Below are positions 46,150-58,352 of a DNA stretch of 64,000 nucleotides, in pieces. This DNA comes from Mobula birostris. Taxonomy: Eukaryota. The translations under genes and the position numbers were made by a program. The DNA lies in the NCBI RefSeq assembly GCF_030028105.1, contig NC_092379.1:109358408-109422407 (forward strand). Reading direction: 5' to 3'. The notes under the pieces were generated by a model. It was not told the DNA's origin and did no database searches. It saw only the letters and a list, made by a program, of their open reading frames with translations. Numbering within the stretch: position 1 is the first letter of the stretch; each line of letters opens with the position of its first letter.

Positions 46150-46780
46150 TTTGCCCCAGGTGGTTCTGGAATGAGTAGGGGATTGTTGGGGGGCATGTGA
46201 TGTTCAGGCTGTGGATCAATGAGTAGCGAACAATTGGGATCAGATGGTGACTAATAAGGAAATCAAGTTGAACCAGGAAAATGGTGGCAGGATCATGCTG
46301 GAATATTGGTGGGGGTCAGGCATGGAGGTTGGTGAGTGGAGGAATCTAGTGAGGTGGTTGAGTCAGGAGGCTGTTGACAGATCGGCCATAGAGACTGATA
46401 AGAGACAGTTGATTGACAGAGACTGATAGGAGTATTAGGCTGGGAAATGGCTAGTGAGGTCAGTTGATACTTGGAGGTTACAGGAGTGAACGGGTCAGTT
46501 TGGGAAGTGACCCAGCTGGGAGTTTTATAGGGAGCTCACCCTGGGAGATTGGCAGGGAGACAAGGCCAATGATTGGGTCAACTGGAAGAGTGAGGAGGGA
46601 TTACAGTTGTGCTGCTAATGACTGAGGACTGGGGGTTATCAGAGGTTGGGAAAGGTTTCAGAACTGAGGTCTAGGTCATAGAAGTTGTAACCCTGGAGTG
46701 GTAGGAGTATGAAGAAGAGCTGGAAAAATACATAAAGGAGACTAACCAGCACTGGACTCGTGGGCTGCGACCTGCTCAGT
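46150..46780 (-). mobile_element. Possible highly decayed L2-like LINE
   Basis: G-rich plus strand and a DLSTA-like motif on the minus strand (about 46380). Weak. Confidence 0.3.
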
Positions 46781-47519
46781 CTTGTAAGGAACACTGAAGT
46801 AGATTGCTCAATGTTTGTAAAGCCTTATTTCCTTGTTGCCCTTGCCATCTGCAGGCTTTACAGTCACAGAGAAGAGTCCCAGAATATGATACTTCTTGTG
46901 CCTTGCTCTCTACTGAATGCTACTATGCATTGTTGGGCTTCTCCATGCAGGAATGCAACAGATAGATGAAGAAGCTAGACCCAACTTGGTCTTCAAATTC
47001 CTTTGCTCTTAAATTTTCACTCAAACTGCAAGACTTTGTCAATTTTATAAGAGGCACTTAGGACTATTGTTCACTTTGTGAGGAGGTTGATTCTTAATTT
47101 TAAGTTTTACATTCTCTTTGCATTGTGTGCCATGCGTAACTCTTAGTTACTGGCTTTGAGATTCAGTGCAAGCTATAAACACAAAATCCAGCATGTTATT
47201 GATGAAATATCACCATGTTATACTTCTGGATAAACTTTAATCTTTGATGAACTGCTAACCCAAGGGCCTGTCTACTTTGTTAAGAAGAACCCACACAATA
47301 TCAATAGATCAGAATTCTTGACCATTAATCCCATTGACGTATCCAGAGTCATATTGAACATGAATTGGGTGTTGCATTTGTTTAAAAATAACTTCAAAAG
47401 AAAGCAATTACTTAGGTGTCAATGCTTTAGTGTCTATGGAGATTGAAGGAAACTCATCACTGTAAGCTTTCATAAGCCTTTACTTCTGTTATCCTGAGTG
47501 GGGGTTAAGCAGATTGAAA

Positions 47520-48479
47520 ACACTCCATGTTCATAGTTGGGATGAGGTTTTGACGCTGGTGTGCAATGCCATTTTTCCTGCAAACATAGCAATGTTCACT
47601 TCCTCCAAAAAGGTCTTTGTCTCATCTGTCCACAGATCATTGTCCCCGAAGCATTGTACAACATCCAGGTGGTCTTCTGCAAACTTGAGATGTGCAGCAA
47701 TTTTTTTTTTTTGAGAGCACTGATTTCCTCTGTGGTGTCCACCATTCTTGTTCAGTGTTTTTCTTACAGTGGACACCATTCTGGTTCAGTGTTTTTATTA
47801 TAGTGGAACACAAACAGAGACTTTAGCACGTTCTAGAGATTTCTGCAGGTCTTTTGCTGTTGCCCTTGGGTTCTTTTTCTCCTCCTTCAGCATTGCACGT
47901 TGTGTTCTTGGTGTGATCTTTGCAGGATGCCCACTCCTAGGGAGAGTAGCAACAGAATTTCCTCCATTTGTAGACAATTTCTCTTACTGTGGACTGATGA
48001 ATACTCAGGTCTTTAGAAGTGCTTTTGTAACCTTTTCCAGCTTAAGCATCTCTACAATTCTTCTTCTAAAGTCCTCTGAAAGTTGTTTTGATTGAGGCAC
48101 AGTGCACATAAACAGACCTTTCTTGAGAAGAATAGGTTCTGTCAGTAACCTGACTTTGTGTGACTTTTTTATAGGGCAGGGCACCTCTACAACCCACACC
48201 TCCAATCTTATCTCACTGACGGAGCACTTGACTCCAACTACCTTTTATCGAAAGCAATACCCCAGAGGTTTACATACTTTTTCCAACAAATACATGTAAT
48301 ATCAGATCATTTTTCTCAATAAATGGATGAACAAGTGTAATGTATTTTGTATTATTTATTTAATTGAGTTCTCTTTATCCAGTTTTAGGATTTACATGAA
48401 GATCTGATCACATTTTCAGTCATATTTATGCAGAAATAGGGAAAATTCTGCAGGGTTCACAAACTTTCTAACACCACTG
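47520..48479 (-). mobile_element. Tc1 transposon, 5' half
   Basis: TIR CAGTGGTGTTAGAAAGTTTGTGAACCC at 48479. Peptides PQSKQLSEDFRRRIVEM, STVRKTLNKNG and AAHLKFAEDHLD...LWTDETK. Confidence 0.9.
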
Positions 48480-48579
48480 TGCAAAAGACAAATTGTCATT
48501 TAAGGAGGCATTGGAGATCCCTGTTTGTTTGGGGACTGAATATAGCAATAATTGGTATGTATGTGAAAGAAGGATAATT

Positions 48580-48930
48580 GGATACTTAGGCAATTTTCAT
48601 GTCTTCAGGATTTCATCAAGTGTTTCAAGCATAATTAATTATATTTGAAATGTAATCATAAGCAAACTCATCAACCAAATTGCAAATAATAATGTAGCAA
48701 CAGGTTGATCCAACATATCCTGTTCTTGTAGTACTGGTATTGGATAGGACAGCAGATGAACTATTATTTGAGTACTAACATGAAATCTTTTATACCAACT
48801 TAAGCTGGCAGATAGTGCCTCAATTTAATATATCATTGGAAAGACTGATTTTGCAAATAAGTTATAAAATATTATTCAGTTATATTATCAGAATTAAAAG
48901 TAGTAACTTGAGATAGGATTCCTTCTAAGC
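48580..48930 (-). mobile_element. Deu-domain SINE remnant
   Basis: GGATAGGACAGCAG...CATGAAATCTTTT...GCAGATAGTGCCTCAATTTAATATATCAT.GGAAAGAC is the reverse of a Deu-SINE body. Confidence 0.5.
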
Positions 48931-50549
48931 CATGTGTATTAATGCCAAAAACTAATAGATTGTGTGGGCAGATTGTTTGTGAAGGTGAAATAATTCACTG
49001 TTAATTGATTAATGCAAAGAAATCTCTTTTATTTATTGTAACAGCCATACCTTTTCAAATTGAACGTATTTCTCCAGATGATGTTTAATTTCTTCAGAAA
49101 AGGAGATTGTATCTGTTTAATTAAACCTATTGGCAACTAATGTATATTTCCAGCTATAGCTATACTATATACTCTAACTTCATGAATGTCCATCATGTAT
49201 AACTGTATCCAACAAGGGAGACTTCTAAACAGTGCAAAAATGTTTTACATGCACTTGCTGTGGTGAAAGATTGTTCAGTGACAAATATTTGCAAAAATAA
49301 AGAGCATAAGCATGTTTGGAGCTTGAATTTAAATTTAAATTAAACCAATGGCAAAATAATGGCTACATCAGCTTTTGGGATCCAAGTTGATTTCTAGTCT
49401 AAATGATGAAATAAAGGATAATTTTCCCCACTAGTTTGCTGTAGGTATCTTAAATGAATTAAATTTGAACAGTGTCAATTCAGTTCCCTGTGCACATAGT
49501 CTACCAGTTTAAAAGAAAACATTTAGCAGTCCTAAAGAGCTACCACAGACTGATTTCTGTCAGGATGAAAAAAGACATTACAGAAGGGACATCCCTTTGA
49601 AGTTGTGACTAAGACACAATCAACAGAACATTTAGTCCAAAGCAAACTCTGCAACACTTAGAGAAAGTGTTTAATACTGGCCCAGGGTGCCAGACATGGA
49701 AAGAACAAAGCAAAGAAACCTGTTCTCCGACCTCACTGAAAACATCACTGAACACCTCATGCAGTCAGTGCAGTGACCTTCATTAAACAGGAAAAAGGGT
49801 CTGATTTCTCTCTTGTAAAATCTTTCACTCTGCTAAGAAAGAAAGTAGTCACAACCATACTGTAGATATATTTGTAGTTCCAGGTTTAGAGTCCAAATGT
49901 TTGGAAAAAGAAATTTATAACAACACATTTAAATTTCACATTCATCATTACAATCTGAGAATAGTAGCCAAGTTGGTGTAAATAGATTCTTTGCTTGTTA
50001 AAGCCGTCATGACTTTATAAACCTACTGATGGCAATAGCCCTTCAATTTTGCTCCTAAGTAGTTAACATTTTCAGCAATTGGAGCGATGGAAAAATCAAT
50101 TTACAAAGGTCATAGGAGCATTGCTAAAATTGATATTACATTTGCTTGTTTGGAAATGTAATATATGGGCTAGATCCAATATGTACAATTGTACCAAATC
50201 CAATATTTATCTTATAATTTTACAATTGAGGCACAACTGCAATTAAAGTGTCAGCAACTATAGCTGTGTTTAGATGGCAATGTTTGCAATCATATTCCTT
50301 GGATTTTGCCAAGGCTCCAGTTTTTACTGGCTGGTAAAACACTGAGTATATTAACGATGATGCATTTCAATCTATGTTTAATTGTCTCCTTCCAGCAACA
50401 GAACATTTTTGGAAATTATTGTTATATTTAAAAACCTTGAAATAAGATATATGATCCATCATAGTGAATAATTGATACTCGTCTATAAGTTGAAGTGAAA
50501 AAGTCCTGAATTCAATACAATGAAAATGTGAGGAAGAAGAAGAAGAAGA

Positions 50550-51146
50550 CATACCTGGATGACAGATGTGAGTGGAGCACCAATACAGAGGCTGTGTACA
50601 AGAAGGGCCTCTATATCCTGAGCAGACTGAGGTTCTTTGGAGTATGCAGGCCTCTCCTTCACATGTTCTACCAGTCTGTTGTTGCCAGTATAATCTTCTA
50701 TGTGGAGGTGTGCTGGGGCAATGACATTAACATGGTGATGCTAACAGGCTCAATAAACTGATTAGAAAGGCTGGCTCTGTTATAGGAGTCAAAATAGACA
50801 CACTGGAGCCTGTGGTAGAACAAAAGACCCTATGGAAAATCCTGGCAGTTCTGGACAATGATTTTCACCTTCTGCATGATACCTAGGTTGAACAGAGGAG
50901 CACTTATAGTAAGAGCACTATATGAAGTGATTCTTATCCTCGGCCATTAGGCTCTATAGTGAGTCAACCTATAGCCAGGAAAGTAGTGACCCCCCCCCCA
51001 CCACCACAATTAAACTGTGGTAACTTTTTTTTTATTCTTTCTACTTTTCTTCTAATATTTATATCTGTGCCCTTGTAATGCTATTGTGACACTGTAATTT
51101 CCCTTGGGATCAATAAAATATTCATCTTTCTATCTACCTATCTATC
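50550..51146 (+). mobile_element. Rex1-like LINE 3' end
   Basis: YLDDRCEWSTNTEAVYKKG...LRFFGVCRPLLHMFYQSVVAS; tail GGGATCAATAAA(TCTA)n. Confidence 0.88.
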
Positions 51147-51289
51147 GCTAGTAGCATATTTGCAGGTTGGAAGGAGCCACGAGGAAAGATGTATGTCATA
51201 AGAAAGACTGTGAAGGAAAAAAGAGCAACAGCATGTTGGATATAACATAGTAAATGGCTTGTCAGGCTAAGGGGCTGTAGGGACCACAC

Positions 51290-51575
51290 AGAGGGGCCAA
51301 GGTCTCAAAATAAGTTGTCGACCAATTCGGGCTGTGGTGAGGACAAATTTCTTCACTCAGAGCTTGAAAACTACATGTTTGTATTTTAGTTCTATCAAAG
51401 ATTTCTGAATACTCATTAATTGAATATACTCAAGGCAGACTCCAATCATTTTTTAGACAGTAGCAGAATCGAAGGATCTGTAGACTGGAAATGCAATGCA
51501 AGATCTTAATAAGTGACATAACAGGATTGAAAGGTACTTTTGCTTTTATAATTACATTCTTCTTGTTCATGTATG
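51290..51575 (+). mobile_element. Decayed CR1 3' end
   Basis: GAGGACAAATTTCTTCACTCAGAG...TTGAATATACTCAAGGCAGA. Confidence 0.55.
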
Positions 51576-51579
51576 AGAA

Positions 51580-51800
51580 GCTTTCCAACATGAAGGAAAA
51601 TCATAAATGACTTTGAAATCTAGCAGTTGTTATGCAGTCAATCATGATAGAGATTATCAAGACAGGCCATGTCATTTAATAGTCACTTTATTTGAGGGAG
51701 ATATTAAGGAGACTGGCAGAATCCTCTGCTCTTCAAGTAGCACCATGAAATGCTTAATTTGATCTACCAAATGAGCTTATAGTTTTGTCATTAAGTGACT
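51580..51800 (-). mobile_element. Deu-domain SINE remnant
   Basis: TTGAGGGAGATATT...CCTCTGCTCTTCAAGTAGCACCATG. Confidence 0.45.
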
Positions 51801-52039
51801 GGGGATTTTTCAAGTCAGCTCCTGTCCCACCACTGTTACCTTAATGTTGAAGAAAATGTGGGCCTGTAACTTTTAATCCTGGATTGAAGAATTAGCTCAC
51901 AATTGCTCGAAGGTAGCACAAACTAAACAAAACCGTCAATGTGTACAAGATATGATTGTCACTGTAACTGTTGCTCTCACTTCAAGCCTGGATGTGAAAA
52001 GTGTTCAATGTTATTGTTATTTATTTATTGAGCAAGTCC

Positions 52040-53200
52040 AATATTTGTTGTCCATTCCTAACTTCCCTTGAGAAAGTCATGGCAAACCACCTTTATAAAC
52101 CACAGTACTATTGCTGGTGAAGGCATTTCCACAATGTTCTTTGATCGGGAGTTCCAGGACTTAGACTCAGTGGCAACAAACGTCCTTCAGCATAGTTCCA
52201 AGTCAGAGTGGTGCACAACTTTGAGGAAACAGCAGGTCATGGATTTCCCATGCACCTACTATGTTGTTCTTCTTGGTGTACAGTTCAAGGTTTTGGGAGT
52301 CTTGATGAATAACTACATTGCATTTTGTAGCTGGAACACACCACAGTCCAGGTTTACCTGCAGTGGACAGTTTGGGATGTTGGATTGGGATTCGATCAAG
52401 GGGCATGATTTTTCCTCAATTACATTGAGTTGAAACTGCATTTGTTTTGGCAAGTAGAGTGTAGTCCTTCACACTTCCAACTCGTGGATGGTAGAAAGTC
52501 TTCTCAGCTTCTGGAGTTGAGTCATTCACCACAGGATATCCAGCCTGTATGTATCTAGTTTCTCCAATTGGTTGTATGTCAATAGTAATCCACAAGGCAT
52601 TGATGATCAGGGTCTTGGTAATGGGAATACTATAGAATGCAAAGGGTGGGCGTTCGGATTTCCTTTTATGTCATAGACCTGAATGTCATTTGTCTGAATG
52701 TTATCTGAGTCTTTCTGAATGCTTTATTCATTTCCTGAGCAGTTACAAATGGACTTGAATGCGGTGCAGCCATTAGCAAACATTGTTACTTCCTACTTTG
52801 TAAAGGTAGGATGATCATAAATGGATGTTAGCCCTTGAATATTGTCCTGGTGAACACTTGCAGTGATGTCCTGAGGCTGGCATCACTGGGCTTCATCAAG
52901 TACAATCATTTTCCTTTGTGTGAGTACTAGCTCAACCATCAGAATGTTTCTCCTTCGATGTCCGTGGATTTCAGTTTTACCAGGGTGCCCTGGTGTCATA
53001 TTCAGGGGCCTTGAAGGCAAGGGCATTGACGCTCACCTCATCTCTGAAATTCAGCTCATTGGTCAATTAGTCAGTGATGATACAAGTGAACCATCCCTGA
53101 GCAGTCCCTGCTCAGAGTATCCGTGCTCTCGCTACTTGGAGTACCACTTCCCATGTCATTCAACATGGAGGAATACTTATTAATTAACTGAGAGAGGACA
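52040..53200 (-). mobile_element. Ancient CR1-group LINE remnant
   Basis: Minus strand MFANGCTAF...IQKDSDNIQ (FADD region, about 52780-52700); 3' end near 52045. Same family as 32700-33300. Confidence 0.7.
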
Positions 53201-54669
53201 GTGATAATCAGGGGGTGATTTACAGGCACATGACCTTAATCTATTGCCCATCATTAATTGTCCACCACTAATGCTGTTGTGAAAATGGTAGTGAGCCACC
53301 TTTCCGCATCCAACATCCTAAACATCGAGACTATAGGGGCTGAAGTTAAGTATTCCTAGAACTATTACTTTGCACATACCATTAGACAGCCAGCTCTGCC
53401 AGTGTGACAGGATATACTCAGGGGCTGTGTTGGTCAAGTCCAGCACATTCTCTGCTTGAATACATCAAGTTTTAGCTTGGATAATCTGTGGGAAACTTTT
53501 CTGATCTAGACACCAGAACTCATCTGTTTGTGGGGAGAATTTTGCCAGGTCTACTGGACTGGGAGCAATGATACGATGCATACATTCAGTGTCAGATGAA
53601 TCCTTTACCCTTTTATTTAATGTGGCTCTTAGTAATGTCCTACTTGGTCAGCTTAGAGTCAACCACACTACCTGGGGTCTGGAGCTTTAGTCAGACTCAT
53701 CCTTGAAGGGCAATGGTGAGTCAGATAGGTTTTACTGCAATTGATTAGCTTTGTGGATTGGAGTAGTTATGAGAATGTAAGCAAAGATGATTCTAAATCA
53801 GAGCATTACAATTAAATTCCACAGCCACAAGGCTGGATTTTGTGCTCATATGTCTGGATTATTAGGCTAGGGACCATGTTATATATGCAACTATTAATTT
53901 ACTAAACCATTACCATATTCATGGTATGTCAGAAGAATAGAGTGTGTACAGGCACTATTATTGGAATAGTGCAGTGTGCATAAAGTTACATCAAATACCA
54001 GCTGTACATAGTGAATGAGTTAACAATGGCCATTACTGGAAAAATATTAACATAATCTTTTTATTAATGTGTTGGATTTGATTTTTGAGTCTGGAAAATG
54101 TTTGGTAAAATATTGTTGCTCTAAATCAAAGCTCATCAAATCATTGTTTTCTCAGTTGTGTGCCAAGGGAGGGACAAATGTTTTCATTGTAATAACACTG
54201 AATTCTAGAGTGAGTGGTGAGAGCAGATGGGATGAATCATTTTATTTAAAAATGCCTTTCCTTCTCTGGGAGTACTGGTTGGTACAGTGGGTCAAAACAC
54301 TGCTAGGCACAGAGCTGTGTTGATAGCTAGGGAAATGGCTACTCATGTGAAACCCAGATTTTGTTGTGGTTTTGCAAGGGGGTGGGGCTGGAAGCTTCTG
54401 TTTCCTTAGACAGCAGCTCTCAGAACCTAAAACAGTTCTTTTGAAGGCACATAGTCACCTTTCTCTTCTGCAAACAGTATCAGTGGTGAGATTGTTGTGC
54501 AGCTACCACTACTGGCAACACATCAACAATGCTGCCAAATCATTTCTATACATTGTAAATAGAGACTGAAATATATTCAACATTTCATTTGGATATCATC
54601 TGTGACATCAATCCCAGCTCTGTGCAACAACAAAGCTATTTTGAACTATGTGCTTTTAAACATATTAAT

Positions 54670-55020
54670 TAAAAATGATGAAGGGGATAGATAGTCTCTT
54701 TTCCCCCAGGAAAAGGGAATCAAAAACTAAATGGTTTAAGGTGAAGGGGTGGGGGGAGGAAGACTTAAAGGGGACCCGAGGGACAACTTCCTCGTGCAGA
54801 AGGTGGTGCCTATATGGAATGAGTTTTCAGAGGATGTGATCGAGGCAGATACATTAACAACACTTTAGAACATTTGGACAGGTACATGGATGGGAAAGGT
54901 TTAGACGGATATCAGCCAATTCCAGGGAAATGAGATTAGTCTAGATGGGCATCTTGATTGGCCAGCCAACTGGGGCCAAAGGGCTTGTTTCCAAGCTGTA
55001 TTACTCTATAATTCTATCTT
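54670..55020 (+). mobile_element. CR1 3' end
   Basis: GGTGGTGCCTATATGGAATGAG...TTTGGACAGGTACATGGAT...GGGCCAAAGGGCTTGTTTCC tail. Confidence 0.85.
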
Positions 55021-57586
55021 CATTTATTAAAAGCTTAAAAAGTTAGGGCTTTCTTGAAATTTTAATAGGTAGAAACCCTATGTGTTAAAAGACTAGAAAA
55101 TCCAGATTTCATTTTTTGGCTTGGTTGAATTCACATGTGAAAACAGTTGGGATTCTAGGGTGGGCATCAATACATTGAGACCAGTTTAAGGGAAGATATC
55201 AGAACTAAGAAAGATCACACTCTTAATCAATGTCGACACTTTCCTAGTGGAAGCCACTGATCAGAGATTAGTGCTGGTAATATCTGTGGATTTTCCAGGG
55301 CCTAGAGACCAACTGTAACATCCCAGTCCGAACGTCTAAATCATCTAATTCAAAACAGGCCAGGAATTAAACTTGCTACCCAGCTGGTCTACTTGGCTCA
55401 GTGCAACATGAGTTATGTTTTACTTCTTTGACATTAATGTGCTTCACTACATCAGCATTGTTATGTGGAATGGAAAGATAAACTTGCGTTTGTAACTAAT
55501 CATATGGTGAGTTAAATGCTTTTGCTGAGGCATCTGAACCTATGGAACTGATGCAGGAAAAGGACACATTGGAAAGTTGCTCTAGTTCGTCAGTATTATG
55601 ATAGTCCTGTGATCAGTCCAAAGACTCCTTTACCAGAAGATTTACACTGTAAGGTGCAGGGGAAAGCTACGAGGAATTGGGGAATGGTGTACTCAAGGAA
55701 AGTGTGAATCTTGATATACAAAATATGGAACATTTCTTTATTAATATTCACCACAGTCAAACATATCAATTGAACCACATCCACCATTATTAATCCTTAC
55801 TCTGCTTGGGGAGTAGCTGAGTTAACAGTTGAATTGGTCCAAATCAGCTGCCATCATATTTTGTAAGGTGATGGTCTGACAAGGTTCTCTCTGCTGATAA
55901 TCAGTTGCTTAAAAATATGCATGGATAGGCATCAGTTAAGGATAGGATCAAGCTCATTCTTGAAGCACTCCATGTTCCAAAAGCCTTGTTAGAACTTGTT
56001 TCGGCTCTTGCATGAGGCACTTGGGAGAGAAACCACGGAGACGTTATTGCTTAGTGAAATGATACCCCAGTTTAAGTGAACCCATTCAGAGAGACAGAGA
56101 AAGAGGATGCTGGAATCAGCTTTTTATTAGAAGAGCTCTGGCCTGTTTGACATGTTTATATTTCTGTTGACAAATTAAAATGAATAAATCAATTTACCTT
56201 GCTTGCTCTCGCTCTGTTTGTGTATCTGTCCCTTTAAATGTTAGCAGGAAACCCAGTTTCTTTCCTTAACTCCTCTGGCAGGAAGTGCTAATAAATTTGC
56301 CCCATTCACCCGATGGCTGGGAAGAGCATATTCTCTCTGCTGCAATATTTTCTTAAAAGGTCAAGCATTCTCCATGCTGAAAGAATATGCAAGACATTTT
56401 GCTACTTGTGTATTAAAAAGGAGATTGTGAAAAATAAGCATTGAAATGCTATGGTATTGCAAGTGACATATCCACATTTTGTTATTTAATTTATAAAAAG
56501 GTCTTTCAAAATGCCAAAGCTTCTAACGTTACTTTGATTTTCAGTGGCAATAATAATTTCTTCTCTTAAAAAAGACTTAATTCTAACTGGTTAACTAACA
56601 CCAAGAACCGCTTTTAACGGTAATGGTTCATGAAGTGTAAAGCTTCTGATGTGACAGCTCTTCAGTAGAATTTTTGATGTTGGCATAAGTTTAAATACAA
56701 ATTTAAATGTACTGCTGTCTTTCTAATCATTAGTCAGTTCTTCCAGTGGGTACCCCAGCGATTCAGGTTCTATTCTCAGTCTGTGCTGAGTTTACTGATC
56801 TCACTTAGGGCAGAAATGTGAGAAATTAACTCAAATCTCTGGTTTAGAGCTGGTTGCTATTCATGAGTGATATACAATGTCTTCCCACCCTCCCCAACCC
56901 CTCAACTCATGACTGTGTTGAGTAGGGATGAGATTTCCTCTGATTGTGAAATAGCCAGCTAGCAATTTCTATCCAAATTTGTAAAGGAAGGAAGAGTAAA
57001 CTATTACAGAGTGAGTTGTTCTCTTGGAATTGTACCCAGGAATGTTCTAATGCACAGAGAAATGCACAGGCTCTAAAGAAAATAATTTCTGCTCTAGATA
57101 TCCTAACTGTTAACATTTGATAACCAATGAACTTCCATGTGCTGGTTTAAGGCCACTTTCCATTTTCCGGTGGTCATCAGCACATCTGTTGGTCTCTTAT
57201 TTGTTAGTTCCTGGCTACTGGCCAGCTCTGGAATGTTGCTGGAACTGGGAGTTGTGGGGAGGTAGAGGTACAAAGAAGGTGATAGATAAGAAAGATGAAG
57301 AAGGACAGAAAAAGAAAAATGAGAGGACAGACAGAAGAACAAAGTTTTAATCAGATAAAAACAAATAAATATAAATAAAAATAAAATATTTCTATGCTGC
57401 TTTATTGCAAGAATTTCTCAATGAAGTCACTGTTCACGATTGTGGCTTTCAGCAGTATTAATCAAGACTGTTAAAACTTTGGAAGAAACAAGATTTCACT
57501 TGTAATTGTAACCTATTTTTAATGTTTACTATGTGATTGGACATCTTTCTTTACCTCTGTCTTTCTCACTCTGTCTGAACCTTAAT

Positions 57587-57618
57587 ATCTCTCTCTCTCT
57601 CTCTCTCACACACACATA
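57587..57618. repeat. (CT)n(CA)n microsatellite
   Basis: Directly visible. Confidence 0.85.
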
Positions 57619-58269
57619 CTCACTCTCACTTTCTTCCACTTACCATGTATTTACTACTTGCTGGACAACTATTCACTTTTAATGAATGAATAATTGCAGC
57701 CACTGTTGAAAGGAGGGCACTAAGGATCAGTGTCAAAGTTAGAACTTTTGACACCAGTGTGTTGGGCAAGGCAGGCGGTAGGTGGTAGTGAGTGTCCTTT
57801 CCCTGGAGAATTCCTGTTTCTTTCCTAGCTTTCATGTCAGTATTGGCCAACAGCGTACTAGCTTAAATCAACGTTTCCACAGTCACTAGATTGTGAAATC
57901 TAAGCTCATTGCTGAGAGAAGTAGATGCTGTGATGTTTTTTTGGTGAGATGATAAACAAAAAGCCTGAGAGAAATTTTAAAAAATCATGGTTTTTTGAAG
58001 GAGGCAGTTATTTGTCCTTGATGTTCTGAATAATTTTTATCTCTGAATCAACAACTGAAACTGAAGTTCCACGATTGTTTGTGAAACCTTATAGTCTGTA
58101 TTACAATAGAGGCTACATTTAAAAACGTAGTAAATAGGCACATACTTCTTTGGGATATATTGAGATCATGAAAGGTCCTAAATAAATAAAAGTATTTCTT
58201 TCTTTTCCACCCTACACATGTCCAAAGACAATAAGGTAGAATTACAGGATCACCTGATACTCCAACAAA

Positions 58270-58352
58270 TAAATTAGCCACGATGACATGGTGGAGCAGA
58301 CTTGATGGGCCAAATGGCCTATTTCTTCTCCAATGTCTTATAGACATAGACA
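58270..58352 (+). mobile_element. CR1 3' tail
   Basis: GGTGGAGCAGACTTGATGGGCCAAATGGCCTATTTCT, matching 14093-14140. Confidence 0.8.
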
